DNA from: Macrostomum lignano
Taxonomy: Eukaryota
Assembly (NCBI GenBank): GCA_002269645.1
Contig: NIVC01000409.1
Coordinates: forward strand, 154,371 to 218,370
DNA length: 64,000 nt
Direction of reading: 5' to 3'
The notes under the pieces were generated by a model. The model saw only the letters and a list, made by a program, of their open reading frames with translations. It had not been told where the DNA came from and searched no databases. Below, one piece after another: positions 11,296 to 24,194 of this stretch. The first letter of the stretch is position 1; each line of letters starts with the position of its first letter. The position numbers were made by a program, and so were the translations under genes.

Positions 11296-12047
11296 TCATT
11301 GAGACAGGTTGCTGTGCTGTTCAGACTGAGCCAATGCGGCGTAGAGTTGCCTGACATCGCCAATATGCAGCAGACAGCACTCAGTTGAGCAATATTCTCC
11401 ATCCCATTGAGGATCATCAATTGACAGATTGCTGCAGCCATCTCTGGCGCAGAAACGTTTTGCTAGCGGTCTGGAATGCGGCTTGGCCCGAATGAACTGG
11501 GTTCTGGCAGCGGATTCATCGGTGTCTGTTGTTGAAATGTCAAGCTTTCTTTTGCCATTCAATTTGCTGTGACTGCTGTTGCTGCTTCTGCTACTGCTAC
11601 TGCTGCTCACACTGCTCACACTACTGACACTGCTAACTTCTAGATCTTCCCGATCTGTTGTTTTCTGCAACAATTTCTTCTTCTTTTCCTTCTTTTTGGT
11701 CTCCTTCTTTTGCTGTTTCTTTTGTTGCTTTTTCGGCTTAGAAGAAGACTTGTTATTTGATTTTTTAGCAGCCGCTGAAGAAGCCGATGCAGCTCCAGTT
11801 GCCATGGAGTCTGCAGTGACGAATGTCATGGAAGCTACAGGCTGATTTGACAAGCCTGAGAAACTGTGAAATCTCCACTGATCTCGCAGATCGGACATTT
11901 TCGGCTGAGAACTTCGTTTTGGCCGACTGTAAGCCAGGCCAACTGAGCGAACAATTTCAGCGGCGTCAACTGCTGCTGACACATTGATGGACAGTGGAGG
12001 GCCCTCTGTCATACTGGATTCGATTATTTCCTTAAATTGCAACTTTT
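11296..12047 (-). CDS. Lys/Ser-rich protein with a TOX4-type C-terminal Cys/His motif; first ATG at 12012, acceptor at 12048
   Basis: C-terminus CARDGCSNLSIDDPQWDGEYCSTECCLLH resembles the TOX4 C-terminal motif as I recall it (CVRSGCENPP...WDNEYCSNECVVKH). It has an NLS-like poly-Lys tract and an ATTAAA downstream of the stop. Confidence 0.72.
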
Positions 12048-15042
12048 CTGCAAGTTGTAACTATCAGCAATTTGAAGCATGCATAAGTAAAGTGTTTGCT
12101 TAGTTTTGTTAATCTTGATAACAGATACCACACATAACATTGATAATGTTTTGATAGTTCTACTCAATCTAATAAAAGCCACATTTTCAGGTTTAAAATA
12201 AAAATTTAATGAACAAAAGTGTTAGTAAGATTTGACTCTTATTTTATTTTAACAAACAATCAGTAAGAGGTAATGCAAGTCTCTAGCCTATATTGTATCT
12301 AGCCTAGTCTGTAGAGCAAAAGTCACAAACTTGACAACTTTTAAATTTGACAAGCTTAGCAAAACTTTAAGGACATTTATCAGCATATACTGGGCTTTAT
12401 CCCTCCCCTTGCCAAATTTAGTGGATCTACACTGCCATTGTTAGACTGGCTATCTCTTTTGCTGGCTTTATTTGGAACAGTGCCCTAGAGGTAAAAGGGT
12501 TCTTAAGGCTCTAAATAGGGTGCAAGGCCACACTTGTCAAGCTATCATAAGAGCGGCTCCCCCTATGCCCTTTGCTAGCATGAACTCTTTCCTGGACATT
12601 CCCCTTGACCTTTGTCAGAGGAGAAGCAATGAAGACCACTTGCTGTCTGCTTGACATAGGTGTCCTAACTCAGAAGCAGTTTGCCTTCAGAAAGTGAAAC
12701 CTCTGGCCACACAGTGACCATAGCCCGTGAGACCTAGAAGCAGCAAGAGGCTTGCTGACCCTCTAGGAGAGAATCCTATCTATGCTCTGCCCTCCACTCA
12801 AATTCAAAACCAGTATTCCACCACATCATGAAGTAAGGGACAACTGGAAACCCTGTAAAATCTACTGCTTCATTTATGGGTTCCAAAACAACTCTGCCTC
12901 TGGCTACAGCTACTGCATCATGTCTGGAGGGAGAACTGTGGCGACCTTCTCCTAGCACACTGGCACCTGCTTCACCATCTTCTAGAATGAAGTTCTTGCT
13001 ATCAGCTCCTTCTGATGTATGCTATTGTATGCTATGAAGCTATACAATCTACTTAGACAGTCAAGTGGCAATCCACACCTTTAAGTGTACCACCACCTGC
13101 TTGTGTACAGTCCTTGACTGCATTGGGTAGCTCAATTGCTTAGGCACCTCCAACAAGGTTTCCCTAGGTGTTTCTAGGCCTGAGAACCTCTACCAGCTTG
13201 TCTGCTACCTAAGGGCTACTAGACAAGCAACAATATACCTCCTAGATTCTCTAAAGGAAGACCGCGCTGCAGACACTGGCACTACTGGAACTCCCTGTAC
13301 AACACCACAGCATCAGCAGCCTGTGGTTGCAAAGGGTTAGCAAAGTGGGCAGCAATGCCTCCTCACTGTTCTGGACACACAGAGCCCCTGCAGCTAAGTC
13401 AAGTAAGTCAATCAGCATGTATTCATAAGTTTCATAAAACAGTTTGCAAATTAGTTTGCCACTTATAATCCCCATAACTATTGTCATTTATTGATATTAG
13501 CATGCCAGAATGAAGTGACATTGGCTCTATTCGATCCCAATAGTTAAAATGATATTTAGTTAATGTATACACATGCAACTGCTGGCCAACCTAGCTGATC
13601 TGGCCACCAAAAATTGTAGTGGACCAAGAGTAAGCTGCAAAAATGCCCACCTGAAAGAATACCAACGTAGTACAAATTAGATGACAAGGCATTTAGCCCT
13701 AATAAGACAGTCATAGATACTCCTGCTGTTTACCCAAAATGTGTTAATTTTTGCTTTAGGGTTTCATTCACAGTTAAGTCACATTTTTGGTCAAAAAGTA
13801 AGTCACATGGCCAGTGTAAATCAGGGGGTCGCGCATGAAGGAGTTAATGCATTACTTAAAGAATTGAAAATCTTCAATTTGAACCACTAAAAATCAGTAA
13901 GAGTGCAAGATGCTTTGTGCCTTGGCTACATTGAGTTTGCTTGACTTCTTATCATTTCTCTATGATTTTAATTAATAAATTGTTTTTTTTTAATTTACAA
14001 GAGGTTATAGGTAAAGTTTCAGCTCATTTGGACATTTCCAATATTTATAGTACATAGTATACAGTCTACAAATTGCAATATCCGTCATATCATTATTGAT
14101 ATATTTTGTTTCTGAAAAAGAACATCAAGAATAAGACTTTAATGACTATTTTGACTCTTGATACTATTAGATGAATTATGCTATTATTCATATGGTAGTT
14201 TATAATACTTATATATTTAGCCATCTATTGCTATTATAATTTTTCATTAATAGCTAAGTTTTATATAAAAACTGCAGTAAAATTAACATTACAAAAAAAC
14301 ACAATTGTTTCCTTTTGTTCATACTTTAAAACAGTTATTATCAGAAAATTAATGAGACAATTTAAGTTGCCCCATATTGAAAATGGTTTTATGAGTAGTG
14401 ACATTCTAATTTTAAATAATTTCTATTTTAGCTTTAGTGCAGCATTTTTAATTAAGCCCCAATCAGGGCCAAAACATTTGCTATTTTCTCACTTATAGGT
14501 GTCTATAGGTGTTATATTTGTAGTTCTTTTTAAAAAATGATATCAAAGATGCAAACCATCAATTTTCTTACAATTTAAATAATGGTTTTTTATAATCCTT
14601 GCAAGGTATCTTATTACTAATATTGGTTATTACAGCAAATAAACTAAGAGCTAATTTGTTGAAAAACAAATAAAATAAAACTTGTACAACCACAAATATT
14701 AAACTTATATATTACTAGCAATCTAGCGCCCCCCTTCAGGGTGGCCAATAAGCAAGGGACGAATCCTTTAAAATGAAAAAAATTATAAGGGAGGGGGGCT
14801 AGGAATTGAATTCTCATTTTAATTCTGGGCTTATGCACCAATAAAACATGCTTGTGCAGAATTTTATAACAGACATTGAAATTCAACCATACTTGCCTTC
14901 TTTCAGAGCTACTTCTACCAGTACCCTTGTAAGCCTTGACATGTCAGCAATTCCCCCCACAAGCCTTAACATATCAACTCCCCCCTTGACATCTCAGCGA
15001 TGCCCCCATAAGCCTTGAAATCTTAAAAAATCTGTCTACTTT

Positions 15043-15073
15043 CTAACCCTAACCCTAACCCTAACCCTAACCT
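15043..15073. repeat. Short interstitial telomeric tract (CCCTAA)~5
   Basis: Read directly from the sequence. Confidence 0.8.
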
Positions 15074-15355
15074 AAAGCATTGAAATTTCAGTAATTCTCT
15101 TTAAGAGTTATTATAGCACTACTACAGCATTATAGCGATTCCCTGTAAGCCTTGACATCGTAGGGATTCCCAAATGAATCTCTTAACTTCAACATGAAGC
15201 TTCTTTTATTTTTTACATTATGCTTTTTCTATCAGCGATCCCTCCCATGAGGAGCCAACAAATAATGTAATAACTTTTTTCCAATAAACTACATGTAGCT
15301 TCTGACATTAGCTTTGACATCTCAGTTATTACCCCGTGAGCCTTGACATCTCAGC

Positions 15356-15403
<48 letters not shown>
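15356..15403. repeat. (TAGA)n microsatellite
   Basis: Read directly from the sequence. Confidence 0.95.
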
Positions 15404-15404
<1 letters not shown>

Positions 15405-16069
15405 TCCCCTTGTAAGCCTTGACATGTCAGCGATGCCCCCCATAAACACTTGAAATCTAAAAAATCCCCTGTTAACCTTGAAACCCGCTAAAATCTAATC
15501 CTCAACCCAAACCTGACCTAAACCTAACTTTTACCCAACCTAAAGCCTTGAAATCTCAGCAATTCTTCTCCCCTAAGCCTTGGCATTTTAGTGATTCCTT
15601 CTTTAAGAATCACAGCACTATAACGATTCCCTCCTAGCTTTGACATCGTAGCAATTCCCAAATGAATCTTTTAACTTTGACATGACTTTTATTTTATGTA
15701 TACATAGTGCTACTTTTATTTTTACATGACTCTTCTTCTAATCAGTGCCCCCCCCCCACTGTGGTGAGCCAACAAAGAATACAATAAAAAAATTAAGTAA
15801 AGTACATATACTTTGAAGTAGCTTCTGACTTTTGCTTTAACATCTTAGACACCCCCTGTAATCTCAGTTATTGTCTGTGAGCCTTGACGTCTCAGTATTT
15901 CTCTCCAGCACAGCACTATAGCTTCATTTAATTTTTACATTACACTTCTTTCATGTCTGAAATGACGGTTCTTTTGATTTTTACATTACGCTTCTTTTAT
16001 TCTTCCATGAAGCTTCTTAATTTTTTAAATAACACTTTCATTAGTTTTTATATGAGGCTTCTATGATTT

Positions 16070-16265
16070 TTTCATGACACTTCTATGATTGTTTACATGA
16101 CGCTTCTATGATTGTTTACATGACGCTTTTATGATTTTAACATGACGCTTTTATGATTTTAACATGACGCTTCTATGATTGTTTACATTACGCTTCTATA
16201 ATTGCTTGCATGACGCTTCTATGATTTTTTACATGACGATTCTATGATTTTTTACATGACGCTTC
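16070..16265. repeat. 23-bp minisatellite (TTCTATGATTGTTTACATGACGC)n
   Basis: About 8 units, with degenerate units extending to the left. Confidence 0.9.
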
Positions 16266-17216
16266 CATAATTTTTTTGTTGTCTTAGCGTTAAAAAGCTT
16301 TAATTAAAAAAACTCTACTCTCTAAAAATTCGAACCATTGTTCCTGCATTTAGCAGTTTAGTCTGTTTACCTCTAGGCTAGCTCTCAACGTTTTGATAAC
16401 ATGAATTTTAGCACTTATATATAATTCAACAGTTTCAAAACTCTAAGCATAGAGTAAATCACACGAGGCAGTATGACATAATCAATTTCTCAGTCAGTCA
16501 GTATCAGTTAACAATATGGTTACGCAATCTAAATCAAGTCTGGTGCTACGCTTCCACACTGCATTTTCAATACTGTGATGCAATTCAAGTTGGAGTTACA
16601 ATTCAGTTATGATGCAATCTATTTCAGAATCAGAATTCAACCAGTCAGTTTTTTCTCTAGCATTCTTAAAATGCATTTCAAGTTGAAAAGTTTGCTTGAC
16701 CTTTGCAAAAAAGCATGTTTTTCGAATATTTAATCCCTTTAGCATTTAGCAATTTCTTAGCCAAGATACATGTACCGTCCCGGGAAAATTTCTGATCGAA
16801 CAGTGCAAATTCGAAAAAAATCGGTCAAGCCATTCAGGAGAAAATCAATTTCGTACAAACAAACAAACATCACATTTTTAGTATATGGAAATTCAAGCAT
16901 ACAAACCTTAGAGATTTAGTATATTTAGAAGATATGTCCAATAGTCAATAACAATATCTTCAAAAATGAAGCACTAGGCTGATTGTCTATATATTTGTTA
17001 TAATTTAAATAGTCATTTTCCATCGTATTAGTTAACATTAGAAAGCAGAAAAAATTTCATTTTAAAACATAGGATAAATTTCCAAAACTCTTTTAATCCT
17101 TATAGCTCAAATCCAATTTGAATAGTCAAATCAAAATTTTGGTAAACCATAGCAATAACCCTAAAAACAATGGGAATTTAAACCCTAAAATTATGTAAGA
17201 GCTTAGTGCCCTTAGG

Positions 17217-17220
<4 letters not shown>

Positions 17221-17262
<42 letters not shown>
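17221..17262. repeat. (AT)n microsatellite
   Basis: Read directly from the sequence. Confidence 0.95.
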
Positions 17263-17268
<6 letters not shown>

Positions 17269-17499
17269 TGTATATAAATAATGTAATAATATATAATATA
17301 TAAATAATAGCCATAAAAGCTTGCACTAGTGACTAATATAAATATCTATATAAATTATTTCCATAGCATACAGAATGATGACTCATTAAATAACTTTTAT
17401 TAATTATTCCAATTCAAGTGTATGGCAAGTATTAAAAATAAAAATAAAAATAATAGATTATACCTTCTCTAATTGGGCCACATATACAACCAATAGCTT

Positions 17500-17741
17500 A
17501 GCCACAGCTATTGTGCAATGTATCTAAAGGTTGCATATGGCTATTCAATCCTAGGTCTAAGTAGTTACTATGTCCTCAATTATCCTAGCTAATGCTAGCA
17601 CCCATTTTATAGCTAGGTGAACTGAAACAATGCAGAATTAGGAGTCTTGCTCAAGTACACATTGTTCCAGTGGGATTAGGAATTAAACCCCTAACCTTCA
17701 AGTTGTGAGTCTGACATTCTAACCACTAGGCTACAACCCCC
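17500..17741 (-). mobile_element. Decayed tRNA-derived SINE with a V/Meta-like central domain
   Basis: Minus-strand head has A-box TAGCCTAGTGGTTAG and B-box GGTTTAATTCC (from GGTTCGATTCC). It is followed by GTGTACTTGAGCAAGACTCC...TTCAGTTCACCTAGCTATAAAATGGGT. Confidence 0.65.
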
Positions 17742-18597
17742 TTATACACACTTATGGCAGGCACTTAAAAATACAACTCTTGGAAATAGGTTTTTTGAAA
17801 ATGGATGTTTGGCTAGTCACATTATTCTTAATATATACTAAATCTGAACTTGGTTATTTTTATATGCTAGCTATATATATTATTGTTGGATTTGAAAAAT
17901 TTTATATATGCCAAGATTGTCAATGAAAGGTAAAAATATGCTATAATTTTTTGGTATAAAGGCCACCTTCTAGACTATAGTAATTATATACAAAACAGGC
18001 CTATTTGACATTTCTATTTGGCAACTGTTCAAACTCATATCATATGAACAAATTAAGAATAAGAATAATAGAAAAATAGCTGTTTCTTTTCAGATAAAAT
18101 GCTGATACAGGGCTGCTTAATAAGTTTGTGGAAAAAAATTTTTTTTTAGCTTTTACCTTAATTTTCTTGTATATACTCCCACATAATGAGACTTCTCAAC
18201 ATAGTTTCCAGACAGATTGATGCATTCCTGCATCCTATGGAACCATGCTGAAAAACAGTCCCTTAATTCCACCTGAGTGACAGCTTTTAGCTCCTTCTCT
18301 TTTAATGCCTCTTCAAGCTCTTTGCGCAAGAAAATGGTACAGTCTTTGCTCTTTGGCCACTCCTGATGGAACTCTAGCCCCTGGGGCAAGCAGACACTTG
18401 AGTACAATTGACCAGTCACTGTGGCACCTTCCTCAAGTAGAATAGGTGACAGGATGCTATACCACTAGAAGAAAACTGCTGTCATGACCTTGCCAACATT
18501 TCTCTCATGTAGGAATTTGATGGGGACATCTTCTTTGAAGGCAATCTACTGTCTGCTCTGGAATTTAGTCTCTGGGTCATAAAAGTAAACCTAAGTT

Positions 18598-21500
18598 CAG
18601 GGTGCCTATGCCCTCCTTTATCTCCTTGACCTTTATCTCCTTTATTTTAAAGATTTTTTGGATTTTCTCTTTATTTTAGCCACTTAGCTACTATTTAGTT
18701 AGAACAAAATCAGTTGAGCCATTTTTGCTAAAATCAATCTCATACCCATAGACATACCATTTTTAGTATATGCATGGATTTAGTATATTTAGATTATATT
18801 ACTTAATATATTATTAGTTTAGGGTCCTTTTAAATAGTCATTAGGCTTATTCTATTCACTTGTACTTTTTTCCTGGACAAAGATATGTTGAAGAATATTT
18901 TGTAGGTCTTAAAAACTTTTGTATATACGATTACTAATTTTACAAAATTTTAAGCATTAACCCTAGGTTAGCCACAATATTAGATATTGAAAGATAAAAT
19001 GATTTTGTTATAATCTAGCCTAGCCTTATATAGTAAGTTTTTTTCTACAGTTAAAAAACCTGCCAGTTATAGCTATTTGGATAATAAATCAGTATTAGTA
19101 TGGTGTCATCTAAAAAAAAACCTAAAAAGAAAAAAGAGAAGACATACAATTCAACTTTCAAGCCTAAATGGCTTTCAAGCAATCCAATGGGCTGAGGTAA
19201 TTAGATGTCAGGATGACTACAATGCTTTTTGTACTTGCTGTTCTACCAAAATAGGTGTCTGCCACATGGGTAAATCACCAAATGTATTATGGAAAGCATG
19301 ACTTGCAAGCTAGGCAATGGCAGGGCTTGCTGCAATTTTTTTTACATGCAAAATGACATTTCCCAGGTTGGAAGAAACGACTTGTCTGCTATTGCTCAGC
19401 ACCTGAAGCTGGATAGCCATGTGAAAAAGTGGAAACATATGGAATATTGCTAGCCTTGAATATGGAAACATATTCAAGGCTAGCAATGTGCAGCTCTTAT
19501 TTGTTTTAAGCCATCAATAGCAGCTGCAAATTCATCTGCTCCAGCCACTGATCCAGCTGCCATAGCTGCTGATCCACCTGCTGCTGCTACTGTTGCTGCT
19601 AATTTTTCTGTCAATACTGGCTCTGGTACTAGTGGAGCCAGTTCTATAACTCTTTTTTGTGATGAACATATATGTGACCAGAGCTGAAATCAAGTGGGCA
19701 CTTTATCTTGTTTGGTCACATGGCTCTTTCTAAAGCAGCGATAGAATGGCTAATGTACTTTAAGACATGGATCCCAACAGTGAGATTCTATGCTAAATCT
19801 TGATGGATGGGACAAGGTGAGCAGTTTATTTTTTTGTCATCTTGTTTGTGCTAGCCTATACTTCTATAAGCTTTTCTTTTAGCATCTCTACATGCCTAAT
19901 GAATATTTATAATAGTTGTATAATTATTATCACAATTTATACAAGTAAAATAGTCGATTATTAGCCATGTTGAATCCACGCGAAAAAACTAGAAAGTAAT
20001 TTAGCCTTTTGTTTTACTAAGTGAAATATTGACAATAAATATATTTTGTTATAAATGTAGCCTCCTAGACTCTATATATATATAAAAGCCAATTTGCTCC
20101 CAAATAAACCAACTTGCTCTTAGCTTGTTTGTTTGCCAAATTCATAGTAATATTTTCAGACTTGTTTTTGTATAAACCTTGAATTCTTATTCAGTTAGTT
20201 TTTTGCAAAACTAAAAGGTTGAAGTGCTCAGAAACTTACTTAGAAAAGGGATTTGGAAAATATATAAAAGAAAGTACTAAGAGTAATCGCTGTGACCCTC
20301 TAATCTTGGTTAGAGGTTAGACTGCTCAGGCCAAATTATACAAGGGTGTCCAAAAAGTAGTGATACTTTTAACCATAGCTCTTGTTCTATAGCTTCCTGT
20401 GATATAAAATTTTATGAACTAATAGTGGCAAATCTTTTCTAGACTGCTTTTTGAATTTTTTTAAAATTGATACTAGAGAACAAAAGTTATACCCATGAAT
20501 GAAAGTAACAGTACCTGTACCATAGAGTTACACAAACTATATTGAAATTTATAATAGTCAACTTCTGCACTTATTCATTAGGAAGGCATTGATAAATGTC
20601 TTTTTTAAGCAATACCAAAGCCCAATTGCAAAATGATGACTCACTGTGACTGACTGAAATTTGTCTATGGACAAGATCATGCGCAGAAAAATAAAGCATT
20701 AAATTCATTATTTTACTTGCAAACAAAGGAGCTTGCATTTTGCGATTTGTTCATGAGTTCATTGCCCATACTCGACAACACACATGGATGTGCACTCAGT
20801 TGTTGCTCAGCAAAGTACCATCTTCACTCTCTGGGGCACTGGCCATAGAGCCTCAGTAATTCACACAAAACTTTGCTCTGTGCATGGATCCTCTGTGGTC
20901 AACAAAATGACAGTTTGTGCCGACATTGTGCCAAAAGTTTTTGATTAAACTTTTAAACTTAAAAATTTTCACTGAATGCAAATGAGTGACACATGAGCAG
21001 GCAGATCAGGCCATTAGTCAATTTGTTGCTTTCTATAGCAACGAAAGAGTAATTGAAGCCTTGCAGGCCTTCAATGCTTCCAAGGATTGTTTAGACACTT
21101 TCTTTGTGCAGTTGTTTAACACCAATGTCGATCTGACTGAATTGAGTGAACTTTGGACTATTGTCTGCATGGTCCTTATTCTTTCACATGGACAGGCATC
21201 TGTTGAGAGTGGATTTTCTATCAAAAAGACTCTCATAGTTGAGAACCTATCTGACAGAAGCCTTATTGCTCAACAGATTATAAATGATGCTATTCTCCAG
21301 TCAGATGGCTCACTTACTTCTATTGAAATAACACCAAGCATGCTTAGGCATATAAAGGTTGTTAAAACTCGGTCTTGCAAGGCACAAGAACAACAGGGAA
21401 AGGCTGACTCTGCACAAGATCAATGAAAATGAACTAAAAAGTGCCAGAGAAGAAATGGAAAAGCTTAAGAAAGAATTAGCAACAAAGCGACATGTTGCAG

Positions 21501-22115
21501 AGGCTGCAACTAAGGAGGCTAACACTTTGCTAAGACAGCTGAATGAATTAAAAAAGAAGTAGCCTATTGATTTGATACTAAATTGTTTTCTCGACTAGCT
21601 ACCAGATTACCTATTACTTCTGCGTTTTTGTTAATGTTTTCAGTAATCAGTGCTCATATTTGTTTCTAATTGCTTTAAAACTTTCAACATTCTTTTTAGA
21701 AATAGTCAGTAAACAATAGGATTTTTCTAATAGTAACAATAACAATTATTGTTTGTATAAGAAATGTATGCCCATAAGTGCATAACAATCCTTTTTCACT
21801 TAAGCTTCATGCTTATTTAGTTTTAGTAGTTTACCACTGCATTTGTTTTTTGCTTTGTATACAAATTGTACATTCACAACATCTTTTTGAAATTAGTACA
21901 TGAATTGGCTTCTTAAAACTTATTATATTGTATCATTATAGGGTGCAATGATGTTATACTTTTTTCATTATATTGCCATCTAAATTAAAATATAAGCATA
22001 TTGAGCATGTGATATAGGTTTAGGTCCACGTTAATACATTAAAAATTAGGTCTCCTTTATTTTGGCATCAAACAGTCTCATGTATTTTACTTGCTCAAAA
22101 TGTGCGGGCACCCTA
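18598..22115 (+). mobile_element. hAT-like DNA transposon remnant nested in the mariner
   Basis: TIRs CAGGGTGCC / GGCACCCTA and a near-duplicated 6-bp flank (T/C)AAGTT. It has a BED-like Zn finger remnant at about 19.2 kb and a hAT dimerisation-like motif LSHGQASVESGFS at about 21.2 kb. Confidence 0.78.
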
Positions 22116-22447
22116 CAAGTTTCATCTCCTATCAGGATATTGTCCATTAATTTTGAAGCCCATGCAATGAATTTGTTAAGCATGAAGTTTGCAAACTCAA
22201 CATGAGCTTGCCTTTGGGTCCAGTTCAAGTGATGGGGCACCCAGTGTACAGACACTTTTCTCGTGCCTAGATGATCATGCAAGATGGAAATGTCATCTGA
22301 ATCCAAAATCCTGACATGTTTCTTGATTTTGCAAACCATCACTTGTTAATGTTCATTGAGCAGTCTTTGGACACTGGCCACTATTGCATTTGTAATGGCC
22401 AAATTTGGATGGCCTTCATATTAATCATTGTCTAGCTCCAGGCAGCC

Positions 22448-24194
22448 AGAATGAAATTGGCCAAACCACTTGTATATACTATTATCTGGGACATACATGC
22501 GCAACTTCTGAAATTACGCTGGCCGTGCGACTTAGTTTTCGATAAAAAATGCGACTTACCTATGAAAGAGCCAAGCAAAAACTTTAGGTAAACGGCAGGA
22601 GTAACTATGACCATATTTTTAAAGCTAAATGCCTCGCCAGCTAATTAGTGCTGCGTGCAGATTCCGCGTTTCTATAACAGCTAATCAGTATGTCATCTAG
22701 TGGCGGCATGAAGCAATTAGTAAATTGTCAGTACAGTGTAGTGAGCATACTACAAAAGTCATGATTCATGAATGTCCAGAAGTAAGTGAAGTGAATACAG
22801 TGTGACCTATAGCTCAAGAACGATTTGCTAGACGATTTGGCATGGAAGATGAGAGCCCTGATTCAGATGGCTCATCAGATGCAGAATACGAATCCAGTAG
22901 AGATACAAGCTGTGAAAACCCACAGATTTTTAAACCACTGAATTCTAATTCCCGGAACTATTTTTGCATAGATTCTAAATTTGAAGTCATGCTCAAACAA
23001 AAACTTGTTAACAGTTAGGAAAAAGGCAAAGATGGGAGTAATGCATGTTAAACAAAGATTTGAGCCTTTGCAAATTCTCTCCATTCCTCAATCTTCTCAT
23101 CCTCTTTTTCTTTTCTCTCTCATCCCTTATCCCTTCTCTCTTTCCTCTCCTCTCTCCTCTCTTTCCTCTCCTCTCCTATCTCTTCTGTCTCCTCTCTACA
23201 TTCTTATCTCTCCTCTCGTCTCTCTCCATTCCACTCTACTCTCTCATCTTATCTCTCCTCTCTTTTCTACTCTCTCATCTCTCCTCTCTTCACTCTCCTC
23301 TCATCTCCTCTTTATCCTCTCTTCTCTCATCTACTCTCTCCTCTTTCCTCTTTCCTCTCTTCTGATCTCATCCATCATCTTTTCTTTCCTCTTTCCTCTA
23401 ATCTCCTCTTCTCTCTCATCTCTTTTTCCTCCCTCAGCTTTTCTCTCCTCTTCTATCTTTTCTCCCATCGCATCGCTCGCCTCTCCTCTGTTTGCTTATC
23501 TCTAATTTTCTATTCCCTCTACTTTGAAGTAAGAAAATATGCACATATTTTTGCTGAAGATAAGAGGAGAGAAGAGGGCATTGAGGAGAAAGGGTAGAGA
23601 GAAAGGGGGAGAAGAGAGTAAAAATGAGAGGAGAGAGAAGAGGGAAAAGGGGGGAGAGAGAGAAGAGGGGAGGCAAGGTAGAGATTCAGAGAAGAAGAGA
23701 GAGATGAGAGTTGAAGAGACACCAACCTTGCTACGAGTAGTTAGTAAGTTAGGAAGTTTCAAAGAACCCGAGGGGCGAGGGCCAGATAGAGGGGCTTCGC
23801 GAGCCGGAGTTTGCCAACCCCTGCTCCAGAGTTTAAGAAATCAATGGGAAACTGTTGACGCGGGCTTCTGATTTCAAAGATCTTGTCTGTTGTTGAAGGC
23901 TTCTATTCTGTTTTTGCTCTCCTGCCACACTTGCACCTACTACCCCCTGATTGCCTCTGATTGTGACTTACTTCCCTCTTATTGCGACTTAGTTGCTTCT
24001 TTTTGCGACTTACCTGATCGATCCTTTTTGCGACTTACCTGATTATTTTTACAACTTAGTTTGCTTCTTTTGCGAATTGTTTTTCTTTTGCTTCACCATT
24101 TTCCCTGAACTGCTCTTTCTTTCGCTTTCCTCTTGCCTTTCTTGGTTCTTGTGTTTTTCTGTTTTTGGTTGACTCAATTTTGTGACTTACCCCT
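22448..24194. mobile_element. Second composite insertion in the mariner (unclassified)
   Basis: Interrupts the transposase between NRG and ELDND. Flanked by AGGCAGCC / GGTCAGCC. Contains a hAT-type end GTTTGCCAACCCCTG (about 23.82 kb) and repeated GCGACTTAC motifs. Confidence 0.5.
23080..23715. repeat. CT-rich tract followed by a GA-rich tract (imperfect fold-back)
   Basis: Polypyrimidine 23080-23510 and polypurine 23555-23715, either side of a central AAAATATG-CA-CATATTTT palindrome. Confidence 0.75.

Larger units (their letters stand above)
14925..15900. repeat. Diverged tandem duplication of about 0.45 kb, rich in a CCTTGACATCTCAGCGATTCCC-like motif
   Basis: Blocks 14925-15355 and 15405-15900 share motifs in the same order (e.g. 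GCCTTGACATGTCAGC, ATTCCCAAATGAATCT, GAGCCAACAA, GTAGCTTCTGAC). Confidence 0.7.

Noticed and set aside
22550-22570. Strong minus-strand donor (CATAG|GTAAGT) as the upstream exon of the TOX4-like gene
   Set aside because: It is one of several GCGACTTAC motifs of an insertion within the mariner, so it is not good evidence for an exon.
22690-22706. CTCF-like motif GCCACTAGATGAC
   Set aside because: It is a single imperfect match inside a transposon-derived insert, with no supporting context.
22981-23871. Leu/Ser-rich and Arg/Glu-rich ORFs
   Set aside because: They are translations of CT and GA simple sequence.
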